Shown here piece after piece: positions 37,149-45,413 of a stretch of 64,000 nt of DNA. Position 1 is the stretch's first letter. Each line of letters opens with the position of its first letter. The notes beneath the pieces are model-generated. The model was not told the origin of the DNA, did no database searches, and saw only the letters and a program-made list of their open reading frames with translations. A program made the position numbers and the translations under genes. Origin of the DNA: Candidatus Parcubacteria bacterium (GTDB taxonomy: Bacteria; Patescibacteriota; Minisyncoccia; UBA6257; 2-01-FULL-56-20); contig DAIEHA010000003.1 of the NCBI GenBank assembly GCA_027355945.1, positions 5,769 through 69,768 on the forward strand, in the 5' to 3' direction.

Positions 37149-38057
37149 CTAATTCCTGAGATACCGCTGGACCGCCCAGGAGCTCGAGAACACCCCGATA
37201 AGGATGCCGAAGAGCAATTGATACAGGAAGAACTGGGGAAGATGGGTGAGGAAATATCTGAAGATATCCAAGCCAGGAATGAATGCGGCCATATAGGGCG
37301 AGACAAGATAGACGATCGGAGCCACGACAACGAGCGAAATGACCGCGGCGATCCCGCCCCACAGCACGCCTTCGACGACATACGGGCCGCGCACAAGGCT
37401 GTTCGAGGCGCCCACGAGGCGCATGATGCCGATCTCCTCGCGATTCGAGTAGATGGCAAGACGGATGGTGTTGAATACGACGAGTCCCGCGATGAGCGCA
37501 AGGAAGACGATGACCGCCCATCCGCCGACATTCACGTCGCGCACGATGGTCGCAAGACGGTTGATGACGTCCTGATTGGCGGAATAGCTTATGGAATCGA
37601 TGTACTGCGAAAGATCCGGCGAGCCGAGATATTGCGCGATGGCGGCATACTGGCTGGGATCCTTTGCCCGCACATTGAGCGAGGCCTCGAGAGGATTCGT
37701 ATCAAGCTCGTTGATGGCCTGGCTTATGGTCTGATCGTTCGCGTGCGTCTGCTGGAATGTCGCAAGGGCCTGATCCCGGGAGATGTAATCGACGCTCGCC
37801 ACTTGGGAAAGGCCTTCGAGCGACTGCTTGATGTTGAGGATCTCATCTTCGCTCGTCGTGGTATTGAAATACACGCTGATGTCGATCTTATCCTGGATCG
37901 CCGACGCGGCCGCATGGGCGACGACGCCGAAGAGGATGAGCCCCACGAACACGATGGCCGCAAGCGTCATGATGGCAACGGTGGCGGTCGAAAGCCAGCC
38001 GTTCCTCCAGAAGTTCTTCGCACCGAAGTGGAATATCCTCGAAATGATGGTGAACAT
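37149..38057 (-). CDS. ftsX: cell division permease FtsX
   Basis: Four TM helices with a large first extracytoplasmic loop. C-terminal FtsX motif region. Immediately downstream of ftsE. Confidence 0.85.
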   Translation of the reverse strand: MFTIISRIFHFGAKNFWRNGWLSTATVAIMTLAAIVFVGLILFGVVAHAAASAIQDKIDISVYFNTTTSEDEILNIKQSLEGLSQVASVDYISRDQALATFQQTHANDQTISQAINELDTNPLEASLNVRAKDPSQYAAIAQYLGSPDLSQYIDSISYSANQDVINRLATIVRDVNVGGWAVIVFLALIAGLVVFNTIRLAIYSNREEIGIMRLVGASNSLVRGPYVVEGVLWGGIAAVISLVVVAPIVYLVSPYMAAFIPGLDIFRYFLTHLPQFFLYQLLFGILIGVFSSSWAVQRYLRN

Positions 38058-38092
38058 AGAAAATGAGTGGGGTTATGCGGGAATCCTCCAGG

Positions 38093-38776
38093 TCAGACCA
38101 GGATGTATTTCCCTTTTTTCTCGTCCCGGATTATGCGTCCTTTATCGAGCGTGACCACGCGCCGCTCGAGCGAATTGATCACCTCCCGGTCATGGGTGGC
38201 AAGGAGCACCGTCGTACCGAGCTCATTGATCTTTTCGAGCAGCTTGATTATCTCGAAGGTATGAAAGGGATCGAGGTTGCCGGTGGGCTCATCGGCGATG
38301 ACGACCTCGGGCCTGTGGATCATGGCCCGCGCGATCGCGACACGCTGCCGTTCTCCTCCCGAAAGTTCGTTGGGGAAGTTCTTCATTTTGTCGCCAAGTC
38401 CCACCATATCGAGCACCTGGGGCACGAGGTCCATGATCTCCCGCTGGGGCCGTCCGGCGACCTCGAGGGCGAATGCGACGTTCTCGTACGCGGTCTTTGC
38501 GGGAAGCAAGCGGAAATCCTGGAATACGACGCCGATGTGGCGCCGGAACGCGGGAAGTTCACTGTCCTCGAGCTTGTTCACTTCATATTGACCGAAGAAC
38601 ACGCGCCCTCGTGAGGGACGCTCCTCTCCGATGAGAAGCTTGATGATGGTGGATTTACCCGCCCCCGAACGGCCCGCAAGCGATACGAACTCTCCCTGGT
38701 CTATCTGGAAGCTTACGTCCTCAAGCGCGACTCCGCGGTCGCTGTAATGCTTGGAGACTCCTTGAAAGACAATCAC
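38093..38776 (-). CDS. ftsE: cell division ATP-binding protein FtsE
   Basis: Walker [13 protein letters not shown] signature [14 protein letters not shown], Walker [13 protein letters not shown]. 227 aa. Confidence 0.9.
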   Translation of the reverse strand: MIVFQGVSKHYSDRGVALEDVSFQIDQGEFVSLAGRSGAGKSTIIKLLIGEERPSRGRVFFGQYEVNKLEDSELPAFRRHIGVVFQDFRLLPAKTAYENVAFALEVAGRPQREIMDLVPQVLDMVGLGDKMKNFPNELSGGERQRVAIARAMIHRPEVVIADEPTGNLDPFHTFEIIKLLEKINELGTTVLLATHDREVINSLERRVVTLDKGRIIRDEKKGKYILV

Positions 38777-38832
38777 TCAGGAATGATAGCATATTCCGAG
38801 GGAAATCTGAAGCAGAATGCGCGGATCGGACC

Positions 38833-39444
38833 TCATATGCGCGCCTTGTCGGCGCGGACGCGGCGGAGGAAGCGCCGCTGCATGCGCACGATGATGAACA
38901 TCACGGATGCGACGGCCACGATCGCACCGATGATGTCCGCAACGTCGGAGAAGTTCTTCCAATAGATGCCGGCGGCATATCCTATCCAAAGGAAACCGAA
39001 AGGTTCAAGCACGTTCCCGGCAGCATCGCTCGGAAGGAATACGAGGAACGGTACGCCGGCCATCCCCGCAAGGACGTTCGTGACGGGGCTCATCATGCTT
39101 CCGAACCGGGTGAGGAATATGGTGAAGGCCGCATCGGACCGCACTTCGCGCTCGAGCGCATCGAAAAAAGGCAATCGCCGGAGGCGCAGGAAGGAAACGA
39201 TGGTATTCCCGTAGCGCCTTGTGATGCCGTATGCGGTGAGATCTCCCGCCACATTCCCCGCTGCCGCAACCCCAAGAGAGACCCATATATTGAAATACCC
39301 CTGCCCCGCGAACGCGCCGAGTGCGAGCAGCATGGCATTCACGGGCAAAGGCGCCCCGATCGCCCCGAGATAGACGAAAACGCCGAGTGCCGCGTAGCGA
39401 TAAATGAGAAGATATGAAAGAAGGGAGCTGAGGAACGAATCCAT
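38833..39444 (-). CDS. DedA/VTT-domain membrane protein
   Basis: DedA signature region RFGSMMSPVTNVLAGMAGVPFLVFL. Multiple TM helices. Confidence 0.75.
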   Translation of the reverse strand: MDSFLSSLLSYLLIYRYAALGVFVYLGAIGAPLPVNAMLLALGAFAGQGYFNIWVSLGVAAAGNVAGDLTAYGITRRYGNTIVSFLRLRRLPFFDALEREVRSDAAFTIFLTRFGSMMSPVTNVLAGMAGVPFLVFLPSDAAGNVLEPFGFLWIGYAAGIYWKNFSDVADIIGAIVAVASVMFIIVRMQRRFLRRVRADKARI

Positions 39445-39457
39445 AGAGGATATCCGA

Positions 39458-39913
39458 CTACTCGGATGGGCTCAGCTTGTGCGCGACCGCCGCTTGGACC
39501 GCGGCAAGGAACTCCTTTTCATCGAACCCGCGTTCGGCCGCATATCCGGAAAGGGTGAGTTTCGGATAGGAGGGATCCTCGATGGAGAACGCCGTTTTCA
39601 GGAAATCGGGCGGAAGCCCGAAGATCCGGTTCACATAATCGAACGTCATCCAGGGACGCAGCATTCCCGTTTCAGACGCCGTGAGAGGTCCGTGCCTCGC
39701 CACAAACATGGAAAGCGAAAGTTCCCGAACGCTGATAAGGTGTTCCTTGCGAAGGGCTGCGTATCCATGGATGAGAAGCGCAAAAAGAAGCACGAGGACC
39801 GCCACGAGGATGGCGATGGCTATTTTGAAGGATCGCGGGGAAAATCCCGGATCTTCCTTCCCTATGGATGGCGTACTCTCAGTAGGCCGTACAAAACCCT
39901 CTTCAGGGATCAT
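39458..39913 (-). CDS. hypothetical bitopic membrane protein
   Basis: Start set at the internal ATG preceded by a TATAAT box. The ORF is open up to 40036. One TM helix then a ~110-aa domain of unknown function. Confidence 0.4.
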   Translation of the reverse strand: MIPEEGFVRPTESTPSIGKEDPGFSPRSFKIAIAILVAVLVLLFALLIHGYAALRKEHLISVRELSLSMFVARHGPLTASETGMLRPWMTFDYVNRIFGLPPDFLKTAFSIEDPSYPKLTLSGYAAERGFDEKEFLAAVQAAVAHKLSPSE

Positions 39914-40027
39914 TTTCAATAGATTATACGCCGCCAAATGGCCTTTTGGGGGCGATCTCTGGTGTACTGGGATCGTAAAGGATAGACTTGAATCAGGCCC
40001 TTGAAAGGCGGAAAGGGGGTGGCGGCC

Positions 40028-40384
40028 ATGGAGCATGACATCAAAGACCTTGGAAGAAGCGCCCTGGAATTACCGGATCCCAGGGATGTGCGGGAGCTCA
40101 CGCTGAAAGTGCGATGGCTCTTCATGTCGGGGTCGAACACCCTGCTGCTTCACGACAAAGAACGCATGGAACTTGCGGCCCGGACGCTCAAAGAGGCGGG
40201 AGACATGCTTCGTCGAGAGAGAAACTCACCGAAAGAACCCTCGTCGGCCGCATCCGAAGAGGATTTGGGGAGGCTCCTCGAAGAATTAAGGACGGCATGC
40301 AGGACGGCCGGGCGTCAAAGGAGGAATTTCGCCCGGGCGAAAGGCCTTCCGGTGCCGGAAGATGAGGAAGGAAGCGAGGAGTGA
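40028..40384 (+). CDS. hypothetical charged soluble protein
   Basis: ATG with a GAAAGGGGG SD 8 nt upstream. The ORF finder start at 40001 is a TTG. Followed by a strong terminator. Confidence 0.4.
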   Translation: MEHDIKDLGRSALELPDPRDVRELTLKVRWLFMSGSNTLLLHDKERMELAARTLKEAGDMLRRERNSPKEPSSAASEEDLGRLLEELRTACRTAGRQRRNFARAKGLPVPEDEEGSEE

Positions 40385-40389
40385 TCTGG

Positions 40390-40430
40390 TTGCCCGATCG
40401 ACATTGAAAAAGATCGGGCAATTTTCTTTT
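40390..40430 (+). terminator. rho-independent terminator
   Basis: TTGCCCGATC-gacattgaaaaa-GATCGGGCAA, a perfect 10-bp stem, then TTTTCTTTT. Confidence 0.75.
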
Positions 40431-40635
40431 ATACGTCAAAAACCTATATTTTACGGTACTTTTAGAAGGATAGAGCGCCGGAGGAACCAGGAGCGATGAA
40501 GGGGCGAAAGGCCATTCGGAGGGGGCTCGGCCGGGGGTATTGACTTCCCTCCCCTTTCCATGGTAGGATGGAGCCACAAACCAATAGAAACTGTATAAAC
40601 CCCGAAAGGGGCGTTTTTATTGGGAAGGAACCATT

Positions 40636-41208
40636 ATGAGCATTCACTTACGACGGTGGGGTCTGGCGATCGGCCTTCTTGCGGCCTTCGCGATTCCCCG
40701 CCCGGTCATTGAGGCCCAAGCAAATCCCGTTACCCCGCCGACCCCGTCGGAAACAGCGTCTTCCCGCGTTTCCCGCGTGGCGCCCCAGAATCGCCCGGAG
40801 GCGAAGTGGGTCGTTCAGAGGGTCATGCATCTCAAGATCACAGCCTACGCGAGCGTTCCTGCCGAGACAAAATCCTACGGCAGTCCGTTCATCACTGCGG
40901 ATGGCACGTACGTCCACGACGGCGTGGTCGCCACCAACCTTCTGCCTTTCGGCACGAAAGTGATGATCCCCTCCCTTTTCGGGATCAAAGTGTTCACGGT
41001 GGACGACCGCATGAGCAGCAAGCTCATGAACAATATGGATATTTGGATGCAAACCGAAGGAAAAGCGATATTCTTCGGAGTCCATTATGCGAACATCATA
41101 GTGCTCGCAGCGAAAAGCCCGCTTCCCGTCAAGGACGCCGCCATGCTTGCCACGAATGCTATGGCAGCTGATTCCATATTGCAGGGTCCATCTGGCCGTC
41201 AGCTTTAA
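40636..41208 (+). CDS. 3D-domain (MltA-like lytic transglycosylase fold) cell-wall protein with signal peptide
   Basis: Signal peptide. 3D domain ITAYASVPAETKSYGSPFITADGTYVHDGVVATN...GTKVMIP...VDDRMSS with conserved Asp residues. SD GGAAGGAA upstream. Confidence 0.7.
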   Translation: MSIHLRRWGLAIGLLAAFAIPRPVIEAQANPVTPPTPSETASSRVSRVAPQNRPEAKWVVQRVMHLKITAYASVPAETKSYGSPFITADGTYVHDGVVATNLLPFGTKVMIPSLFGIKVFTVDDRMSSKLMNNMDIWMQTEGKAIFFGVHYANIIVLAAKSPLPVKDAAMLATNAMAADSILQGPSGRQL

Positions 41209-42415
41209 AGAATATTATCCCCCGCAGACCGTACTGCTGCGCAAGCTTCACCTTCTGCATCTCCGATGTGGCGTCCGGGAACGACACAAAGAAAGTGGTC
41301 AAATTGCCTGGATTGGAGCTGGAAAGCACTGAAGGCTCCGTGGAGCTCTCGGTGAACGTAAGGATCGGGGGTTCCTGGATATAAGTGCTCGATTGATAGG
41401 TGAACGAAAGTTCTCCGGCATTGTTCCGTAGCGGCTGGATCCCCATGGACGTGGCGCGGTCCATCGCACCGAAGAAATCGAAGGCGCGTACGCGCTGATA
41501 CGTGGCGAGTCCGTTTGCCCACGAAACCTCATATTCATAACCGTACGTCGGGATCCCCAGCATGATCTTCCGGGGATTGATGTATTGGATGGCATACTGG
41601 ATGAGCTTCTTCACCCAATCAGGGTCCGCGACCGGGGCATACAGCGTCCCATTGCTCCCCTTCGAGGCATCGAGCTTGATGTCCACGCCCTCCTGGTCAT
41701 AGGCCATGATCCGCACCTCGTCGCAATATTTCCCGAGGAGCGGATAATTCTCGGCGTATATGACGTTCGTAGGAGGATTTTTATAGAGGGATGAGAGCGG
41801 GGTGCGGGGCACGACCGTGCAGGTAAGCATCTTTCCCTGCGGGTGGAGCCTCATCGCAAGGCCCTGGATGAAAAGGGAATAATACGGCCTTGTTGCGGGA
41901 GACATGCCCTCAAAATCGATATCGATCCCGTCAAAATTCTCCCCTTTCACAAGCTGGGCGATGGTATATTCGGCGCCTTGGCGCATTTTTGCGTTGGAAA
42001 GAAGGGAATAAAGGCCGTTCGTATTGAAATACGCGATAGTGGGGATGATCTTCACGTGCATATCGCGGAGCGCGCTGAAATAGAGGTCCCAGCTGCCGTT
42101 CCCGATCATGAGATCGTCCATGATGAGGCCCTTTGAATTGATCTCATAGGAAAAGGGGCTGAGCTCATTGAAAGAGGTGAGATGGAGCGCAACATCCTCT
42201 CCGCCGGCCTGGCTCTGCCAGTACGGAAGCCACGCACCCACCTGCAGCTTCGCGCCGATCCCCGTTCCTCCCGCAGCGCGCGCGTTCGCGGATGTCGTTG
42301 CGGCGGATGCCGAAGGTGCCCGTCCTGCAACGCTCCAGATCCCGGCAACTATCGCGACCGCAAGAACCGCCGCAGATACAAGCCGCGGAACCGAGAAAGA
42401 TCGTTGGATGTTCAT
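41159..42415 (-). CDS. glycoside hydrolase family 18 (chitinase/peptidoglycan hydrolase-like) secreted protein
   Basis: GH18 catalytic motif FDGIDIDFE. Signal peptide. YGYEY and MAYD motifs. Resembles GH18 spore-cortex/PG hydrolases. Confidence 0.8.
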   Translation of the reverse strand: MNIQRSFSVPRLVSAAVLAVAIVAGIWSVAGRAPSASAATTSANARAAGGTGIGAKLQVGAWLPYWQSQAGGEDVALHLTSFNELSPFSYEINSKGLIMDDLMIGNGSWDLYFSALRDMHVKIIPTIAYFNTNGLYSLLSNAKMRQGAEYTIAQLVKGENFDGIDIDFEGMSPATRPYYSLFIQGLAMRLHPQGKMLTCTVVPRTPLSSLYKNPPTNVIYAENYPLLGKYCDEVRIMAYDQEGVDIKLDASKGSNGTLYAPVADPDWVKKLIQYAIQYINPRKIMLGIPTYGYEYEVSWANGLATYQRVRAFDFFGAMDRATSMGIQPLRNNAGELSFTYQSSTYIQEPPILTFTESSTEPSVLSSSNPGNLTTFFVSFPDATSEMQKVKLAQQYGLRGIIFFKADGQMDPAIWNQLP

Positions 42416-43383
42416 TCGTTATTGATGGAAATAAAACCTTGTCTCTCAATGATAAACCCTTCCTGAAGGAGTTGCGAGAGCACGCGGCGCATGCGCACAG
42501 CTCCCTCCCTGCCGGAAGCGCCCACGACGGCGGCAAGACGGGTCTCGGCGATGCCCGACGAACCTTCTTCCCCTGCATCCCGGACGGCAAGGAGATAACG
42601 GAGGACCCTCCCCCTCATCTCGCGGTCAGAACCTTTGAATGCGCGCTGGATGCGATAATGGGCGCTTCGTCGATTCGGATTTGCGAAAGGACCGAGGTTG
42701 CCGTTGCGATCGCTCACGGACCTCGTTCGCGCGATCGTACGTTCCTTTGTGCCCGTTGCCGCACCCTTTCCAAGCGAGGCGCCATAATCCATGAGCGCCC
42801 AGTACCATTCGCGCGGATGCGCATGGTCCATGGTCCTTTGGATATAACGTCCTATCTCTGCATCCGTTACCCCGCGCCGGGTCCTTGGAAAGAAGTGATG
42901 GATAAAGACCCTCCGTATGTTCGTTTCGATGAATATCTCGGGACGATCGAACGCGAAAGCCATGAGCGAACCCGAAGTCCCCTTTCCTATGCCAGGGAGC
43001 CGTGCGAGCGCCTCGCGGTCGGAGGGAAGGACTCCTCCGTGTTCGCGCATGACGATTTCTGCAAGCCGCTTGAGGGAGAGCGCCCTGCGGTTGTACCCAA
43101 GCCCCTGCCAGGCGGCAAGCACATCGCCCGTTGCCGCATGAGCAAGCGAAGGAAAATCGGGGAATCGCGCAAGAAAGCGGGCATAGTATCCTTCAACGCG
43201 CGAAACCTGCGTCTGTTGGAGCATCACCTCGGAAACAAGGATGGCATAGGGATCGCGGGTCTTCCTCCAAGAAAGGTCATGCCGTCCCTGCGTCCGGTAA
43301 TGCTTCCTGATGGTCTTTTTGAATTCCTGATCCCGGGAAGCGGGCTTCATGATGCTCATATTATAGTGGGAGGCAGCAGACAA
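42412..43383 (-). CDS. HhH-GPD base-excision DNA glycosylase (Nth/MutY-like), Fe-S-less, with C-terminal extension
   Basis: Helix-hairpin-helix LPGIGKGTSGSLMAFAFDRPEIFIETNIRRVF (Lys present; the canonical Asp position is Glu). No Cys cluster. ~120-aa C-terminal tail. Confidence 0.7.
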   Translation of the reverse strand: MSAASHYNMSIMKPASRDQEFKKTIRKHYRTQGRHDLSWRKTRDPYAILVSEVMLQQTQVSRVEGYYARFLARFPDFPSLAHAATGDVLAAWQGLGYNRRALSLKRLAEIVMREHGGVLPSDREALARLPGIGKGTSGSLMAFAFDRPEIFIETNIRRVFIHHFFPRTRRGVTDAEIGRYIQRTMDHAHPREWYWALMDYGASLGKGAATGTKERTIARTRSVSDRNGNLGPFANPNRRSAHYRIQRAFKGSDREMRGRVLRYLLAVRDAGEEGSSGIAETRLAAVVGASGREGAVRMRRVLSQLLQEGFIIERQGFISINNE

Positions 43384-43413
43384 TGCCCAGAGGCGAGAAA
43401 AGGAGGGAGGAAA

Positions 43414-43442
43414 TTGACGGATAGGCCCATATATCCTATAAA
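43414..43442 (+). promoter_or_regulatory. sigma70-like promoter (TTGACG-17-TATAAA)
   Basis: Spacing and hexamers are near consensus. The downstream gene has an AAGGAGG SD. Confidence 0.5.
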
Positions 43443-43475
43443 GAAAGAAGGCTCGAATGAAAAGGAGGCGCCTTT

Positions 43476-43736
43476 ATGAAACCCGATCTACGAAGACGGA
43501 GGATCGCTGCACGGAAACGGGCAGAACTTGCAGAATTGAATTCTGCCCTTGCGCGTCTTAAGAAACATCGGGGCTGCATCATAAAGCACCCTGGGATCCC
43601 GCCGAGCAGCGAGATTCTCGTAGTAGAGAGAACCATACAAGAGCTTCGCTTCATGATCGTTCCCCTGCGGCATGAGATCAATCAGATCCTCTGTCGCCCC
43701 TCTTACCCCAAGCCCCTTGAAGCTTGGGGGTTTTAA
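43476..43736 (+). CDS. hypothetical small basic protein
   Basis: 86 aa. Strong SD AAAGGAGG 6 nt upstream of the ATG and a promoter upstream. No domain match. Confidence 0.45.
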   Translation: MKPDLRRRRIAARKRAELAELNSALARLKKHRGCIIKHPGIPPSSEILVVERTIQELRFMIVPLRHEINQILCRPSYPKPLEAWGF

Positions 43737-43771
43737 TATTTTGCAGGTATTTAGGGCTATTCCGGGGGGGC

Positions 43772-43801
43772 TTGCATTATTCAACGGGCTTATGGTATAA
43801 T
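43772..43801 (+). promoter_or_regulatory. sigma70-like promoter (TTGCAT-18-TATAAT) for the RRM-protein gene
   Basis: Near-consensus hexamers. The predicted transcript has a ~115-nt leader. Confidence 0.5.
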
Positions 43802-43921
43802 AGAAAAGTTGTAAGTGTTCTTAGAGGTTTGCATTCGCCAGGCGTTCGCGTTTTTGCGGCCTGCCGTGGTAGAGCAGCGGAAGAGAAGGAGGTCGCCTTA
43901 CACGAAAGAGATAGAATTTGA

Positions 43922-44224
43922 ATGGCTACAAAATTGTACGTTGGCGGATTGCCCTACTCGACGACTCAGGATGAACTCCAGGAGGCGTTTGCGAAGGCCG
44001 GTTCTGTCGTGTCCGCGAGCATCATCACGGACAAGATGACTGGTCGCTCGCGCGGCTTCGGTTTCGTCGAGATGACATCCAACGACGAAGCGCAGAAGGC
44101 TATCGAGATGTGGAATGGTAACGATTTCGGCGGGCGCAAGCTCACCGTGAACGAGGCCAAACCCCTCGAACCGCGCGCCCCTCGCCGGGATAATGATTTC
44201 GGCGGAGGTCGCAACTGGCAGTAG
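43922..44224 (+). CDS. RNA-binding protein with a single RRM domain (glycine-rich C-terminus)
   Basis: RNP-2 KLYVGGL and RNP-1 RGFGFVEM. 100 aa. A terminator follows. Confidence 0.85.
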   Translation: MATKLYVGGLPYSTTQDELQEAFAKAGSVVSASIITDKMTGRSRGFGFVEMTSNDEAQKAIEMWNGNDFGGRKLTVNEAKPLEPRAPRRDNDFGGGRNWQ

Positions 44225-44237
44225 GCACTGCTTCAAG

Positions 44238-44266
44238 AACGCCCCTTCGGGGGCGTTTTTGTTTTA
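44238..44266 (+). terminator. rho-independent terminator
   Basis: AACGCCCC-TTCG-GGGGCGTT followed by TTTTGTTTT. Confidence 0.8.
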
Positions 44267-44287
44267 TAAACGTGATAAAATGACCCT

Positions 44288-45370
44288 ATGGAAATCACCC
44301 TTCTTCTGATCGTCGCAGTCCTCTTTGCCGCGATCGCATGGCGCCTTTGGATGCCCGCGAAGCCGGCGGAACCGGAGAAACGCAACGACGACTCCCTGCT
44401 CCTCATCCAGAACCAGATCCAGGACCAGCAGAAACGGCTCGATATGCAGATGCGAGAGCTCGCGCGCACGCTCGATGCACGCCTCAGCGACTCCACGAAG
44501 ACGGTCTTTTCGCAGGCCCAGGCGAGCGAACGGATCGTACGCGAGGTGACCGCCGAACTCACGAAGGTGGCGGAGGGGCAGAAGCAGATCGGCGCGCTCA
44601 ACGACCAGCTCCGCAATCTGAACGACATCCTGAAGAACACGAAGGCCCGCGGCGTGCTCGGCGAATACTTCCTCGAAACGGTGTTGAAGAACGTGCTCGC
44701 GCCGAACACCTACCAGCTCCAATATCCGTTCAAGGACAATTCCAAGGTGGATGCGGTCATCTTCTACCAGGACAAGGTGATCCCCATCGACTCGAAGTTC
44801 TCGCTCGAAAATTACAATCGGCTTGCCGGTGCGGCGACCGATGAGGAGCGCAAGCGCTACGGCGATGCGCTCCGCATGGACCTTAAGACGCGCATCGATG
44901 AAACGTCGAAATACATCAAACCCGGAGAGGATACGGTGGATTTCGCCTTCATGTTCATCCCGTCAGAGGCGCTGTATTATGACCTTCTCATCAACAAGAT
45001 CGGCGCAAGTGCGGAGCGCGACCTCGTGCAGTATGCCGCCGAAAAGCACGTCTACCCCGTATCGCCGACGACCTTCTATGTCTATCTCCAGATGGTGTAC
45101 CAGGGGCTCCGGCAGATGCAGATCAACAAATCGGCCCAGCAGATCATCAAAGGGGTCGGGGAGCTCCAGCGACACCTCATGCGCTACGAGGAATATCTTG
45201 AAAAGATAGGCACCCACCTCGCAACGACGACGAATGCGTATAACACGGCCTCCAAGGAATTCGCGAAGATCGAGAAGGATGTGACGCGGATCGGGGCGAT
45301 ATCCCCCGAAGAGGCCGAGGATACGATGGCGCCACAAGATGCGCTTCCCCTGAAAGAGACTGTCGAATAG
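44288..45370 (+). CDS. rmuC: DNA recombination protein RmuC
   Basis: N-terminal TM helix, long coiled-coil, and C-terminal RmuC nuclease-like domain (VDFAFMFIPSEALY). 360 aa. Confidence 0.8.
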   Translation: MEITLLLIVAVLFAAIAWRLWMPAKPAEPEKRNDDSLLLIQNQIQDQQKRLDMQMRELARTLDARLSDSTKTVFSQAQASERIVREVTAELTKVAEGQKQIGALNDQLRNLNDILKNTKARGVLGEYFLETVLKNVLAPNTYQLQYPFKDNSKVDAVIFYQDKVIPIDSKFSLENYNRLAGAATDEERKRYGDALRMDLKTRIDETSKYIKPGEDTVDFAFMFIPSEALYYDLLINKIGASAERDLVQYAAEKHVYPVSPTTFYVYLQMVYQGLRQMQINKSAQQIIKGVGELQRHLMRYEEYLEKIGTHLATTTNAYNTASKEFAKIEKDVTRIGAISPEEAEDTMAPQDALPLKETVE

Positions 45371-45372
45371 CA

Positions 45373-45404
45373 AAATCCCCCGATCGCTCGGGGGATTTTG
45401 CAAC
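45373..45404. terminator. bidirectional terminator between rmuC and ftsZ
   Basis: AAAATCCCCCGATCGCTCGGGGGATTTTG, a symmetric hairpin flanked by A- and T-runs. Confidence 0.75.
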
Positions 45405-45413
45405 TGGTCGTTC

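Noticed and set aside
42292-43479. 395-aa plus-strand ORF antisense to the HhH-GPD glycosylase
   Set aside because: Shadow ORF. The glycosylase on the minus strand has a clear HhH motif.
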